From: Chloroflexota bacterium
GTDB taxonomy: Bacteria > Chloroflexota > Anaerolineae > Aggregatilineales > J027
DNA: 64,000 bases
Assembly (NCBI GenBank): GCA_016234595.1
Contig: JACRBG010000016.1
Coordinates: 36,608-100,607 of the forward strand
Direction: 5' to 3'
Shown here: piece by piece, positions 19,352 through 30,292 of the stretch
How positions within the stretch are numbered: position 1 is the stretch's first letter
Layout of the letters: every line of letters starts with the position of its first letter
The notes under the pieces: generated by a model
The model's database searches: none
What the model saw: only the letters and a program-made list of their open reading frames with translations
What the model was told of the DNA's origin: nothing
Translations under genes and position numbers: made by a program

Positions 19352-20338
19352 CTACAGTTCTGAATTCGCTTTCAGGAAATCCAAAATCTCATCCACATAG
19401 CCAAAGGCCAAGCCCGTGACCGTATCAGCCGCGCCATAATAGATGGAGATGCGGCCTGTTGCGGCGTCAGTCAGCGCAGCGCAGGGGAACACCACATTCG
19501 GCACATCCCCGACATTTTCATAAAGTGTTTGGGGGGACATCAGATACGGTGCACTGCGATAGATGACCTTCCATGGCTGGTCGAGGTCGAGCAAGGCCAC
19601 GCCCATGCTGTAAACAAAGCCATTGCATGAAGTCAAAACACCGTGATAGAACAGCAACCATCCTTCAGTGGTTTCAATCGGGGTTGGGCCTGCACCAATC
19701 TTAGTGCTTTGCCATGTCCACGATTTCGGTGACATCACCCAGCGATGCTTGCCCCAATGAATGAGGTCTGGACTTTCGCTGTAAAAAATATCACCAAAGG
19801 GCGTATGGCCGTTGTCACTGGGGCGGCTGTACATCGCATATTTCCCATTAATCCGGCGTGGGAACAGCACCCCATTGCGGTTATGCGGCAAAAACGAATT
19901 TTCCATCTGGGTGAATGATTTGAAGTCGTAGGTATAACCCATGCCAATTGTTGGGCCATGATAACCGTTGCACCACGTCACGTAATAGCGATCTTCCAGC
20001 CAGCACACACGCGGATCATAGCGATGCACAAATGGTGCGATTTCAGGGTCATCCACCTCCCACTCAATCGGTGAGGGGTCAATTTCCCAATGCCAACCAT
20101 CTTGACTGCGTCCACTGTGAACATTCATCAGTCGCCGGGTATCATCCACCCGAAAAACTCCCGCGAAGACGCCCTGATAAGGCACAACGGCGCTGTTAAA
20201 AATACTATTGGAGCGCGGCGTATGGTTCCTTTTGATGACAGGATTTTGACTATAGCGCCACAACACCTCACTGCAATTGGCAGCCCGGTCTTCCCAAGGA
20301 ATATTTGGTAAAGCCTGACCAATAATCGTGTTTCCCAT
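19352..20338 (-). CDS. Beta-1,4-mannooligosaccharide phosphorylase, GH130 (GH130_2-like)
   Basis: [69 protein letters not shown]. Confidence 0.93.
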   Translation of the reverse strand: MGNTIIGQALPNIPWEDRAANCSEVLWRYSQNPVIKRNHTPRSNSIFNSAVVPYQGVFAGVFRVDDTRRLMNVHSGRSQDGWHWEIDPSPIEWEVDDPEIAPFVHRYDPRVCWLEDRYYVTWCNGYHGPTIGMGYTYDFKSFTQMENSFLPHNRNGVLFPRRINGKYAMYSRPSDNGHTPFGDIFYSESPDLIHWGKHRWVMSPKSWTWQSTKIGAGPTPIETTEGWLLFYHGVLTSCNGFVYSMGVALLDLDQPWKVIYRSAPYLMSPQTLYENVGDVPNVVFPCAALTDAATGRISIYYGAADTVTGLAFGYVDEILDFLKANSEL

Positions 20339-20345
20339 GTAACCT

Positions 20346-21242
20346 TTAACCTTTCATACCGGACATAGTAATGCCACGCACGAATTCTTTTTGGAAAACG
20401 ATGAAAAGAATAAGCGTGGGAATAGAAGTCAAAAACGCCGCAGCCATGACTAACCCTAATGTCGTAGGGCCAAAGAGTGATTGATTGATAAGCGAAATTG
20501 CCAGTGGAATCGTCCGTAAATTCGCATCACGCAAGACAATCAACGGCCAAACGAGGTTATTCCATTGACCGAGGAAAATAATCAAGCCGATAGCTGTCAA
20601 GGCTGGGCGCACCAGCGGCAAAATAATTGACCACCAAATACGCAGTTCCCCAGCACCATCCACCCGCGCCGCATCTAATAGTTCATCAGGCAGTGAAAGC
20701 ATGAATTGACGTAGGAAAAATACGGCAAATACTTGGGCAGAGGCGGGAATGACAATAGCCCGGAAGCTGTTGATCCAATTCAAATCGCGCATAATCAAGA
20801 AATTCGGGATCAGGGTAACTTGCCAAGGCACCATCATCGAGGCCATAAACATGATAAAGATAAAATTTCGGCCCGGAAAACGATGTTTAGCTAGCACAAA
20901 AGCTGTTAACGACGCGATTAGTAACGACGCAAATGTCACCGACACCGAAATAAAAATGCTGTTGGCATAAATCCGGGCAAATCCACCCTTGGTATCTTTG
21001 AATCGTTGGAATAAGCCCTCTTGATGATTCGGTGGAGTGTTGCCTTCTTCATCATAGAAATTATTGAGCGTTGGGTTTTCTACAACAAAGGTAGGTGGAA
21101 CCTTACGCAGTTCTGGCACATTCTTAAATGCCCCAATGACCATCCAGTAGTAGGGCACAATCATTAAAAAGGCCATGAACAGAACGGGAGCCATAGCCGA
21201 CCATGTCAATAGCCGACCGATAGATGTGTTTTTTTCAATCAT
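20346..21242 (-). CDS. Carbohydrate ABC transporter permease (MalG-like)
   Basis: Six hydrophobic segments; EAA loop [11 protein letters not shown]. Confidence 0.92.
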   Translation of the reverse strand: MIEKNTSIGRLLTWSAMAPVLFMAFLMIVPYYWMVIGAFKNVPELRKVPPTFVVENPTLNNFYDEEGNTPPNHQEGLFQRFKDTKGGFARIYANSIFISVSVTFASLLIASLTAFVLAKHRFPGRNFIFIMFMASMMVPWQVTLIPNFLIMRDLNWINSFRAIVIPASAQVFAVFFLRQFMLSLPDELLDAARVDGAGELRIWWSIILPLVRPALTAIGLIIFLGQWNNLVWPLIVLRDANLRTIPLAISLINQSLFGPTTLGLVMAAAFLTSIPTLILFIVFQKEFVRGITMSGMKG

Positions 21243-21256
21243 GACAAATTCTCCAC

Positions 21257-22459
21257 TTAATAGCTCTCATTGACGCGGCCTAAGCGCAAACTTAGGACTG
21301 TCATGACGAAAATGACCCCAAACAATACCCATGCAATACTTGAGGCATAGCCCAATTGCAATTCATTAAACCCTTGGTCATATAAATAAGTGACCACCGT
21401 CAACGCCGAATCGAGAACCCCGCCAATATTCTGGGTGGTACTAAAGACAACGTAAACCACGTCAAATACTTGGAAAGCATTGATAATTCCAATAATCACA
21501 ACATATAAAAATGTGGGACGCAGCAACGGCAAAGTAATATGACGGAAACGCCGAGGAACGCTTGCTCCATCAATAGCTGCTGCTTCATACAGTTCTAGAG
21601 GTATGTTTTTAAGCCCTGCAAGGAATAGAATCATAGGGAAACCCATACCGCCCCACAATGCCAACCAAATCAGAATCGGCATTGTCCAGCGCACATCGGC
21701 TAGAAAGTCCTGACGTCCCATACCCACCATGTCAAAAATTGTATTGGCAAGGCCATAGGATTCACCTGCAAAAATCCATTTCCAGACTGCGGTGATCGCA
21801 ATACCCGAAGTCACAGCGGGCAGGAAAAATACCACTCGCAACACCATATTGGTGCGGGTTTGTTTTTGGAGCATTAAGGCTAAGAAAAGACCACCTAAGG
21901 TCGTCAAGATGACCGACCCTATCGTATAACGCACCGTGTTATACATGGCTCTCCAAAAGCGGGGATCAGTGGCTCCGACTAAGTACGTCTTACCACGAAA
22001 ATTATAACGGTCATATTCCGAGTAGCCTTTAGGAAGAACATCCCGCGGGGTCATCATCCGCGCCTCACATTCTTCTCCTTCCGCCATCAGAACGCGCGCT
22101 TCAGACTCGGGCATCTTCTTGCGGCCACATTTATAAACTTGCTCACCTGTGGCCTCGTCAATTTCAGGGGGAAGTACGCGGATAGTTATTTGCAAAATAT
22201 CTTCAAAATTTTGAGTCCCTACCCATTTGGGCGGCACCGTTTTGATGCCACGATACTCGGTTAGTGCAAGTCGAGCCGACCATGCAATTGGCAATAGACC
22301 AAACACGATAAATATCACCAAAAAAGGACTCAACAATAGATATGAAATACGTTTTTTCCAAAGGGTTTGAAAAAAAATTTGAATAGCAATAATGCTACCT
22401 TTAACCGAAAAATGACTGACAGACAGGGATACCTTATTGAGTTTGGTTGTGAGTTTCAT
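21257..22459 (-). CDS. Carbohydrate ABC transporter permease (MalF-like) with large extracytoplasmic insert
   Basis: ELYEAAAIDGA and GYASSIAW. Start moved to ATG 22459, after GGAG. Confidence 0.9.
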   Translation of the reverse strand: MKLTTKLNKVSLSVSHFSVKGSIIAIQIFFQTLWKKRISYLLLSPFLVIFIVFGLLPIAWSARLALTEYRGIKTVPPKWVGTQNFEDILQITIRVLPPEIDEATGEQVYKCGRKKMPESEARVLMAEGEECEARMMTPRDVLPKGYSEYDRYNFRGKTYLVGATDPRFWRAMYNTVRYTIGSVILTTLGGLFLALMLQKQTRTNMVLRVVFFLPAVTSGIAITAVWKWIFAGESYGLANTIFDMVGMGRQDFLADVRWTMPILIWLALWGGMGFPMILFLAGLKNIPLELYEAAAIDGASVPRRFRHITLPLLRPTFLYVVIIGIINAFQVFDVVYVVFSTTQNIGGVLDSALTVVTYLYDQGFNELQLGYASSIAWVLFGVIFVMTVLSLRLGRVNESY

Positions 22460-22556
22460 GAGATACTCCATCTACTAATCCGTACACGATTGCCAAAAAA
22501 TACGGATTGAATGAGCGAATCAAGTGCGGACTAGTCAACATCCGTTTTGGTAAAAA

Positions 22557-22584
22557 GCTGTGGAGGGGAGATACCTCCACAGCC
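22557..22584 (-). other. Intergenic hairpin after the solute-binding gene (mRNA stabiliser/attenuator)
   Basis: GCTGTGGAGG-GGAGATA-CCTCCACAGC perfect 10 bp stem, followed by TTTT on the minus strand. Confidence 0.6.
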
Positions 22585-22600
22585 AAGCAGAGGAGAGGTG

Positions 22601-23851
22601 TTATTCCATGTTGTCTTCCATTATGGCAGCCATCTCAGCAACGGCATCTTCAGAATCCGCTCCTTCAAAAATCACGGCTTGGATTTGCAGTGTGACGTCG
22701 GAGGTAGCAGCTTCCCAACCGGGGCAGTTCGGTGGGCCTTTGGCTTCTTCCAAAACAGCGGTCAAGGCTTCACGGATGTTGTCGCCATACGCGGTGTATT
22801 GAATGAAATCAGTGGCTGGGGGGATAAACAAAGTGTTTTGGGCGGTGCTCGAAGCGATTAGAGCTTTAGCAGCATCTTCGGTATTGTAATACTTGATCAG
22901 GTCAAAGGCTTCATCAACGTGTTCGCTGAAGGACATAATGCCCATAATACGACCACCGATGAACGCGGAACGACTGCCAGTTGGGCCAGCGGGTAGTGGG
23001 GAGGCCTGCCATTTGCCAACCATATCTGGATAGCTAGCATCCAAACCACCCACGATCCAATTGCCCTGCAAGCTGACTGGGTAAAGGCCGGAGTCCAAAC
23101 CAGCTTCAATCGCGGTCGCGGAGTCGGTTGGCACCCCAGCATCATAGAGGCTGGCATAGAAATCGAGTGCTTCGGCGGCTTCTTCACTATCAATGGTGAC
23201 ATTGCATTCGTCATCGTACCAGTCACCACCAGCCTGCCACAGGAAATTGGAGTAACCGAGCCAGTCGGTGTTACCCCAACCAATAGCAACGCCACCTTCA
23301 TTATTTTCATTCGCGGCCTTGATCGCTTCTTGCGCGGCCAATAGCTCATCCCATGTTTGTGGAACAGTTAAACCCAAACCTTCGAGCAGATCGGGACGGC
23401 TGAACATCAAGTAGGTCGTCAAGTCATAGGGCACGCCATAAACTGCACCGTCGGTGCTGACGATGGATTTCCAGATGCCGGGGTTATCCGCTGCACCCAA
23501 AGCGGCAACGTCCTCGGGATAACGTTCATTGAGGTCAATCATCCCGCCGAGTTCACCAAATTCGATCCCCCAAGAGAGACCACCGGTGATGATGTCGGGG
23601 CCTTCGCCGCTGGTTGCAGCAGTCAAAATACGGGCATGGGCTGAACCCCAGTCAATGGCCTCAACCGTTACAGTATTGCCTGTTGCGGCTTCCCATGCTG
23701 CGGCAGCTTCCTTGGCTACTTGGGCATCAACATCGCCACCCGTCATCCAAATTGTAATTTCTACACCTTGCGCGTGAGTGGGGCGTGGTGATATCCCTAC
23801 CACTGACAAAGCAATTGCCAGTACAAGAATCAAACCAATCTTACGTTTCAT
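22601..23851 (-). CDS. Sugar ABC transporter substrate-binding protein
   Basis: Signal peptide ending HAQG; PDI, DGAVYGVP, PQTWDEL, PLPAGP, EAFDLIKY. Confidence 0.9.
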   Translation of the reverse strand: MKRKIGLILVLAIALSVVGISPRPTHAQGVEITIWMTGGDVDAQVAKEAAAAWEAATGNTVTVEAIDWGSAHARILTAATSGEGPDIITGGLSWGIEFGELGGMIDLNERYPEDVAALGAADNPGIWKSIVSTDGAVYGVPYDLTTYLMFSRPDLLEGLGLTVPQTWDELLAAQEAIKAANENNEGGVAIGWGNTDWLGYSNFLWQAGGDWYDDECNVTIDSEEAAEALDFYASLYDAGVPTDSATAIEAGLDSGLYPVSLQGNWIVGGLDASYPDMVGKWQASPLPAGPTGSRSAFIGGRIMGIMSFSEHVDEAFDLIKYYNTEDAAKALIASSTAQNTLFIPPATDFIQYTAYGDNIREALTAVLEEAKGPPNCPGWEAATSDVTLQIQAVIFEGADSEDAVAEMAAIMEDNME

Positions 23852-23963
23852 TTGGTTCTCCTAAACTAAAATCCGACGAATGAAAATATGGTCAAAACAG
23901 ATATAGTGCCCGATACAGCCTCCTTTTATAATCTCTAGTGATCTAGTATCTAGATCAATCAAG

Positions 23964-25001
23964 TTATCTTTTGTGAAGTGAGCGAACCGATTCACGAATA
24001 ATCAACTGTGTGCTAACCACAGTGGTGATGCTGGTTCGCTCCGGATTTTCAGATCGATCTCGTAAATGCCGCACAGCTAAAACTCCCATCAAAGTTTTAT
24101 CCACATGTACTGTTGTAAGGGGGGGAGTGATTTCTTGGGCGAGGTCAATATCATCAAAACCAACAATTGAAAGATCATCAGGAATACTTAACCCCAATTC
24201 ATTAGCAGCGTTCATGGCGGCAATGGCTACTTCATCATTACACGCGAATAAGGCTGTAATTTGGGGAGAGTTTTTTAATAAACGTAAAGTTGCTTCATAA
24301 ACGCCATCACGGGTGAGGGGGCTATCTTCGATGTAAGTGTCAGGGATGCCAAATTCTTTTAAAGCACGGGTATAACCCTTGCGACGTTCCCGAATGCTAG
24401 GATAGGCGTCTGGATTGCTCCCCACCAACCCAATATGGGTGTGCCCCTGTTCAATCAGATATTTAGTGGCTTGATACCCCCCGTTTAAATTGTCGGCCAC
24501 CACACTGTCAAATTTTTGCAGCGGGGCATAGGCATCCACTAACACAATCGTTTTGTTAGATTCTTCGCCAATGCGGGTAATGGTGTCTTTTAAAAAAGCG
24601 CCCACCACCAAAATTCCATCTACGCGGTCGTTTAACAGCATACTCGGCCAATTGAGGGCCTGATTGTGTTCATCTACCTCTAAATTGGCATACATCAAAC
24701 TCAAATTATGCCGTTGGCATTCTCGCTCGGTTCCAGCCAATACATAGGAATAGAATGGATTGATTCGGAGGGAGCTATCCGTCATTTGTTTCATAAGCAA
24801 ACCAACGGTGGAAAGTTGTTGGTTAATGGGGGAAGAAATCCGAATTTGGCGTTGATAGCCAAGGGCCGAGGCGACCTCATGGACACGGGTACGTGTTTCC
24901 ACTGACACTCCCGGCATATTCCGAAGTGCCTGCGAAACCGTCCCTAATGAAAACCCCGACTCTCTAGCAATATCCTGAATAGTAGGATTAGATTTATTCA
25001 T
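23964..25001 (-). CDS. LacI-family transcriptional regulator
   Basis: TIQDIARESGFSLGTVSQAL HTH; DN..GG, NDEVAI, IPDDLSIVGFDD, PPLTTV. Confidence 0.95.
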   Translation of the reverse strand: MNKSNPTIQDIARESGFSLGTVSQALRNMPGVSVETRTRVHEVASALGYQRQIRISSPINQQLSTVGLLMKQMTDSSLRINPFYSYVLAGTERECQRHNLSLMYANLEVDEHNQALNWPSMLLNDRVDGILVVGAFLKDTITRIGEESNKTIVLVDAYAPLQKFDSVVADNLNGGYQATKYLIEQGHTHIGLVGSNPDAYPSIRERRKGYTRALKEFGIPDTYIEDSPLTRDGVYEATLRLLKNSPQITALFACNDEVAIAAMNAANELGLSIPDDLSIVGFDDIDLAQEITPPLTTVHVDKTLMGVLAVRHLRDRSENPERTSITTVVSTQLIIRESVRSLHKR

Positions 25002-25025
25002 GTTTGGGCTTTTTAGAATAAAAAC

Positions 25026-25188
25026 TGAAATTTTTCAATTTGATTTCATGTTATCACCCACGATTTGGTTTGTCAATATTTACTAAAAGTGAGTTTTTCA
25101 AGCGAAAAACTATCCGAAAAGGCCTCTAATTGGGATATCTACGCCAAAATTCCATAAATAATATAAGACATATTCGTGAAAATTTTCA
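25026..25188. promoter_or_regulatory. Two putative LacI operator palindromes upstream of the mannan locus
   Basis: TGAAATTTTTCA at 25026-25037 and the perfect palindrome TGAAAATTTTCA at 25177-25188, resembling LacI-type TGWAAN.NTTWCA sites. Confidence 0.55.
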
Positions 25189-25424
25189 TTTTCATTTCAG
25201 TGTCAATTTGCTGAAATCTTTGAAAATGACCTGAAAGAATTTTGAAACGCTATAAATTTTTTAGGGCTGATTCAGGAGTTTCATCTTTTGTCACTTTCGA
25301 ATGGAATGTCAAAAAGCTGTGTGAAATTCATACATATGGTATTTGAAATTTGGGGGTGATTGCGCCATACTGCAAATACTTATATAAAAATGGATTTCTT
25401 TATTCATCGTTTGGAATAATTCTG

Positions 25425-26633
25425 ATGATGGCATTCGTCCACCGCTTTTTTGATACCTCAAAACTAATCAATCTTGTCCTCAATATCTCTCTATTGTTGT
25501 TAGCGGTCGGTGCGGCCTTATTAGTCGGTGCAGTCATGATCTGGCTGATGGATGCCGACCCGGTTAAAGCCTATCAAGCTCTATATGAAGGGGCTTTTGG
25601 CACAACCAATTCCCGCGCCGAAACACTCGTCAAAGCCACCCCGCTGCTGTTCGTAGGGATTGGAATTTGTGTGGCTTTTCGTGGTGGCGTGGTCAATGTA
25701 GGTGGCGAAGGTCAAATGATTATTGGGGCACTTGCTGCCGTGTGGGTCGCCCTCTCTTTCGATACCGTCCCGCGCTTTTTGGAAAACATCCCAATCCACG
25801 ACTTCCCTCACATATTTATAGTGACGGCATCACTGTTAGCTGGATTTTTGGCTGGGGCGGCTTGGGGTGGGATTGCTGGGGTGCTTAAAGCCTATTTTGG
25901 GGTCAATGAAATCCTCAGCACCATCATGCTCAACCAAATCGCTCTCCAGTTAATGAATTATCTGCTGAACGGCGTATTGCTTGATCCCGACCAGAAAGAT
26001 CGGGTCAATCGGATTCCCAAAACGGCACGTATCCAAGACTATGCCAAACTCCCACGTCTCGAATGGTTCAGCGACACCCCCACCCGCCTTCACGCGGGCC
26101 TAATTATTGGCTTGGCCTTGGCAGTGGTGGTCTACATTTTGCTGTGGCGCACGACCCTCGGCTATCGCATTCGAGCCGTCGGTCAAAGCAATCGCGCCTC
26201 ACGTTATGCGGGCATCAACGTCAAACGGCAGGTGCTTAATGCCATTCTGATTTCTGGCGGCTGTGCAGGTCTCGCTGGAGCCGTTCAAGTGCTTGGCCTC
26301 CAATATCGAATGCAAACTGACGGTTCAGCCGCAGGATTTACCGGCAACGCGGGTTTCAATGGTATTGTGGCGGCGCTGTTTGGGGGTCTCCATCCGATTG
26401 GTACGATTCCGGCCTCGGTTTTCTTTGGGGCGCTACTCATCGGGGCGCAAAGTATCCAGCGCGAAGTTCAAGTGCCTGCCTCGCTGATTACTACCTTAAA
26501 CGGGTTGGTGGTTATTTTTGTGGTCAGCAGTCAGATCTTCATTAAACGCCTAACTAAACGTCGGGCCAGTGTTCCACCCCAACCCACTACACCTAAGTCT
26601 GTTCCCGCCCTGCAAGAGGAGCCTACCCAATGA
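25425..26633 (+). CDS. Nucleoside/purine ABC transporter permease 1 (NupB-like)
   Basis: NVGGEGQ, GVNEILSTIMLN, GYRIRAVG...ASRYAGI, GFNGIVAALFG. Start moved to ATG 25425. Confidence 0.9.
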   Translation: MMAFVHRFFDTSKLINLVLNISLLLLAVGAALLVGAVMIWLMDADPVKAYQALYEGAFGTTNSRAETLVKATPLLFVGIGICVAFRGGVVNVGGEGQMIIGALAAVWVALSFDTVPRFLENIPIHDFPHIFIVTASLLAGFLAGAAWGGIAGVLKAYFGVNEILSTIMLNQIALQLMNYLLNGVLLDPDQKDRVNRIPKTARIQDYAKLPRLEWFSDTPTRLHAGLIIGLALAVVVYILLWRTTLGYRIRAVGQSNRASRYAGINVKRQVLNAILISGGCAGLAGAVQVLGLQYRMQTDGSAAGFTGNAGFNGIVAALFGGLHPIGTIPASVFFGALLIGAQSIQREVQVPASLITTLNGLVVIFVVSSQIFIKRLTKRRASVPPQPTTPKSVPALQEEPTQ

Positions 26634-27565
26634 TTACTGATATTATCAAAGCGAGTGTGGCAGCCTCAGCCATTCGGTTGGCAACGCCTTATATCTTCGC
26701 CAGCTTAGGCGAGACGTTTGGGCAGCGCAGCGGGGTTCTCAACCTCGGGGTTGATGGCATTATGCTTTTGGGAGCATTCGCAGCCTATTATGCGGTTTTC
26801 GAAACAGGTAATTTACTTTTGGGGGTACTGGCGGCTCTCATCGTCGGAATGCTGTTAGGACTGGCAATGGCCTTTATCAGTGTCACCTTGCAAGCCGAAC
26901 AAGGCATTAGTGGCATTGGGGTCTATCTTTTTGGCTTGGGCCTCAGCGAATTGCTCTTTCAGAAAACCGTCTCAACGCCGACCCCCATTGAGGGTTTCCC
27001 ACGCATCAATTTTCCGGTCTTAACCGACCTTCCGGTTTTAGGTGAAATCTTTTTCCACCATAATCTATTGGTCTATGTTGCCTTTGCCCTTGTGCCCATT
27101 TCATCATTCATTCTCAACCGCACCACCTTTGGCCTGCAAATTCGGGCAGTCGGTCAAAACCCCGAAGCCGCTGACGCGATGGGTATTAGCGTGGCCCGTG
27201 TGCGTTACATGACGGTAATGATTGGCGGGGCATTGGCGGGGTTAGCTGGGGCGTCCCTATCCATTGCGCTATTAAACATTTTCCAAAGCAATCTCACCGC
27301 AGGTCAAGGATTTATCGCGGTCGCGCTGGTCTATTTCGGGGCATGGCGACCCTATTGGGTTATGGGTGGTGCATTACTATTCAGTACGGTTAATGCGCTC
27401 CAACTTCAAGTCAAAACGATTGAAAATGCCTTGGGGATCAATGTGCCATCTGAATTTGCGGTGATGGCTCCCTATGTAGTCACCATTATCACATTGATTT
27501 TTGCCTCTAAGCGGGTGGAACAACCAACTGCCTTGACTAAACCATTCGAGCGAGGCGAATCATGA
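26630..27565 (+). CDS. Nucleoside/purine ABC transporter permease 2 (NupC-like)
   Basis: RSGVLNLGVDG, GLQIRAVGQNPEAADAMG, GQGFIAVALV, APY, PTAL.KPF. Confidence 0.9.
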   Translation: MITDIIKASVAASAIRLATPYIFASLGETFGQRSGVLNLGVDGIMLLGAFAAYYAVFETGNLLLGVLAALIVGMLLGLAMAFISVTLQAEQGISGIGVYLFGLGLSELLFQKTVSTPTPIEGFPRINFPVLTDLPVLGEIFFHHNLLVYVAFALVPISSFILNRTTFGLQIRAVGQNPEAADAMGISVARVRYMTVMIGGALAGLAGASLSIALLNIFQSNLTAGQGFIAVALVYFGAWRPYWVMGGALLFSTVNALQLQVKTIENALGINVPSEFAVMAPYVVTIITLIFASKRVEQPTALTKPFERGES

Positions 27566-27683
27566 ACGTATTTGGCAATTTATACTATCTTTCACCACTT
27601 ATCCGTGAAAGCACCTAAACTATTGTTTTATCGCCTTGCCTTATTAGGCTTTCGCTAAAATATTCATAAGGAGTTCCAAGAGT

Positions 27684-28685
27684 ATGCGTAAGAAATGGTT
27701 ATTGCTCCCCTTAATCCTCCTCGTTGTTGTTGCGCTCGTCGCGCCGTCACACCATCACACTCGCTCGGCTAAAGCCCAAGACACTTTCAAAGTTGCGGTG
27801 GTCATGCCCAGCGCCAGCAACGACCTTGCTTTCAGCCAAAGTATGTTTGACGCTTTAACTGCGATTGATGCCGAAATGGGCGACAGCTTTGAATTTGTGT
27901 TCCAAGAAGGCACTTTCGTGGTGGACGATGCAGCCGTTGCCCTGCGTGAATGGGCCTCGTCAGGCGAATATAATCTGATAATCGCGCATGGGTCACAATA
28001 TGGCGCAATTATCGAAGAACTTGCCCCCGAATTCCCCGATGTTTCGTTTGCTTGGGGTACGGATGTGGATACCTTTGGGTACGATAATGTGTTCGCCTAT
28101 GAAGCCGCCTCGGATCAGGGCGGGTTCGTCAATGGTGTGTTGGCTGCGCTACTCACCAAGAGTGATGTTATTGGTGTTGTTGGCCCCATCGAAGTGGGTG
28201 ATGCCAAACTCTACGTAGATGGTTTCAAAGCAGGCGTGGCATGGGTCAACCCCGAAATCGCCGTGAATGTCAACTACATCCAATCCTTCAGTGATGTGGC
28301 CCTCGCCTCCGAGGCCGCCCAAGCGCATATCGCCAATGGAGCCGACGTGCTAACTGGTTCAGCCCAAATGGTCGTCGGTGCGGTTGGCGTAGCGAAGGAA
28401 ACGGGTAATGTGTTGTGGTTCGGTCAACAGTCCAATCAAACCGAACTCGCCCCTGAAATCGTCGTGGCTAATCAGGTCTATCACTGGGAAATCGTCCTCA
28501 AAGACATCATTTCGCAAATCCAATCAGGCACGCTCGGTGGTACTTCTTACACCCTGACGCTGGCAAACGGCGGCTTGGTCATTGAATATAACGACGCCTA
28601 TGCCCTCAGCGGGTTCGATAAATTTGTTGCCGATGCTGCTATTCAAGGCATCATTGACGGCACTGTCACCTACACGCTGGAATAA
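27684..28685 (+). CDS. BMP-family ABC transporter substrate-binding protein (purine/nucleoside)
   Basis: Signal peptide; NDLAFSQS, IIAHGSQY, GVVGPI, GFKAG, GADV. Confidence 0.88.
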   Translation: MRKKWLLLPLILLVVVALVAPSHHHTRSAKAQDTFKVAVVMPSASNDLAFSQSMFDALTAIDAEMGDSFEFVFQEGTFVVDDAAVALREWASSGEYNLIIAHGSQYGAIIEELAPEFPDVSFAWGTDVDTFGYDNVFAYEAASDQGGFVNGVLAALLTKSDVIGVVGPIEVGDAKLYVDGFKAGVAWVNPEIAVNVNYIQSFSDVALASEAAQAHIANGADVLTGSAQMVVGAVGVAKETGNVLWFGQQSNQTELAPEIVVANQVYHWEIVLKDIISQIQSGTLGGTSYTLTLANGGLVIEYNDAYALSGFDKFVADAAIQGIIDGTVTYTLE

Positions 28686-28688
28686 ATT

Positions 28689-28727
28689 AAAAAATCTGGG
28701 GTGGGCAATCTGTTCACCCCTTTTTTG
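28689..28727 (+). terminator. Terminator/attenuator-like hairpin between the binding protein and ATPase genes
   Basis: GGGGTGGGCA-ATC-TGTTCACCCC followed by T7. Confidence 0.55.
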
Positions 28728-28741
28728 AGAGTGACTGAAAA

Positions 28742-30292
28742 ATGCCAGAACACTTATTGCCCACTGGACACCGCCGCATTGACCAAATGCGGATGCAGGG
28801 GATTGTCAAAAAATTCCCCGGTGTATTGGCGGTTGACCACGTGGATTTTGATGTCAAAGCAGGTGAAATTCATGCGCTGTTGGGTGAAAACGGCGCAGGT
28901 AAAAGCACCCTGATGAAAATTTTGTATGGTCTCTATCATCAAGAAGAGGGCCAAGTATTTTTGAATGACCTGCCTGTGGTCATTCGTTCTCCTAATCAAG
29001 CCATTCAACACGGCATCGGCATGATCCACCAGCATTTTATGCTCGTGCCGTCGCTGACAGTTGCCCAAAATGTGGCCCTCGGCATGAAGTCTTCACGTGG
29101 CTTCCTGCTCGACATAGATATGGTCTCCAAACGTATCCGCGAACTTTCAGAGATTTATGGCCTGCAAGTCAATCCCAGTACCCCCATCTGGCAGCTTGCT
29201 GTAGGCGAACAGCAACGAGTCGAGATTTTGCGGGCACTCTATCGTGGGGCTGCCTTGCTCATTTTGGATGAGCCGACCGCCGTATTGACACCTCAAGAAG
29301 TAGATGACCTGTTCCGCATTTTGAAGCAAATGACCGCCGATGGTCATGCCCTCATTTTTATCTCGCACAAATTACATGAAGTTCTCGCCATCAGCCAGCG
29401 TATTACCGTCCTGCGCGATGGCAAGCAGGTGTACAGCATCCCTACCGAAACCGCTACCAAAGAAACCCTCGCCCATATGATGGTGGGGCGCCCCGTTGTG
29501 CTGCATTACGATTTGCGGCCTATCGAACCCGGCCCAGCCCGTTTGCGTTTAGAAGAAGTCAGCGCCACCAGTGATCGTGGGGACGAAGGCTTGAAAAAAG
29601 TGTCGCTGCAACTCCACGCGGGTGAAATTGTTGGGGTAGCTGGGGTGTCGGGTAACGGTCAGCGCGAATTGGCCCAAGTCATTGCCGGAATGCGCTCTAC
29701 CAGCTCCGGCAAAATCTGGCTCGACAACCATGATGTCACCAATCATTCGCCTGCTGCCATGAATCAACACGGCCTGTCGCATATCCCTGAGGCGCGGATG
29801 ACCGATGGGGTCATTAAAAATTTCACCGTCGCTGAAAATTTTGTTCTACAAAATCATGGTCGCAAACCTTATGCGTGGGGCGGGGTTTTCATGAATTTCC
29901 GCAACATTACCCGCCAATGCAAAACCGCCATCAAAGATTATGAAATTAAGACACCAAGCCATGAAACCCCCATCAAGAGTTTATCGGGGGGTAATATCCA
30001 AAAACTGGTCTTGGCGCGTGAGCTATCGCGTCAGCCACGTGTACTGATTGCCGCCCAACCAACTCGGGGGGTGGATATTGGGGCTAGTGAGTATATTCAC
30101 CATCGCCTGTTAGAAGAACGCACCAAAGGCACAGCTATTTTGCTCATTTCAGAGGATTTAGATGAGATCTTAGCCCTATCTGACCGCATTGTCGTCATGT
30201 ACGAAGGGGCGATTGTTGGCGAGGTTAAACGCGACCAAGCTGATATTCGCACTTTAGGATTGATGATGGCGGGATCAAAAGTACCTGTATAA
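28742..30292 (+). CDS. ABC transporter ATP-binding protein (two-domain, NupA-like)
   Basis: GENGAGKS, HQHFML, LILDEPT, LSGGNIQK, QPTRGVD. Confidence 0.93.
   Translation: MPEHLLPTGHRRIDQMRMQGIVKKFPGVLAVDHVDFDVKAGEIHALLGENGAGKSTLMKILYGLYHQEEGQVFLNDLPVVIRSPNQAIQHGIGMIHQHFMLVPSLTVAQNVALGMKSSRGFLLDIDMVSKRIRELSEIYGLQVNPSTPIWQLAVGEQQRVEILRALYRGAALLILDEPTAVLTPQEVDDLFRILKQMTADGHALIFISHKLHEVLAISQRITVLRDGKQVYSIPTETATKETLAHMMVGRPVVLHYDLRPIEPGPARLRLEEVSATSDRGDEGLKKVSLQLHAGEIVGVAGVSGNGQRELAQVIAGMRSTSSGKIWLDNHDVTNHSPAAMNQHGLSHIPEARMTDGVIKNFTVAENFVLQNHGRKPYAWGGVFMNFRNITRQCKTAIKDYEIKTPSHETPIKSLSGGNIQKLVLARELSRQPRVLIAAQPTRGVDIGASEYIHHRLLEERTKGTAILLISEDLDEILALSDRIVVMYEGAIVGEVKRDQADIRTLGLMMAGSKVPV

Noticed and set aside
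25200-25424. Possible purine riboswitch upstream of the nucleoside ABC operon
   Set aside because: The conserved purine-aptamer core (UAUAA...AUAUGG...GUUUCUACC) could not be assembled; the region is simply AT-rich.
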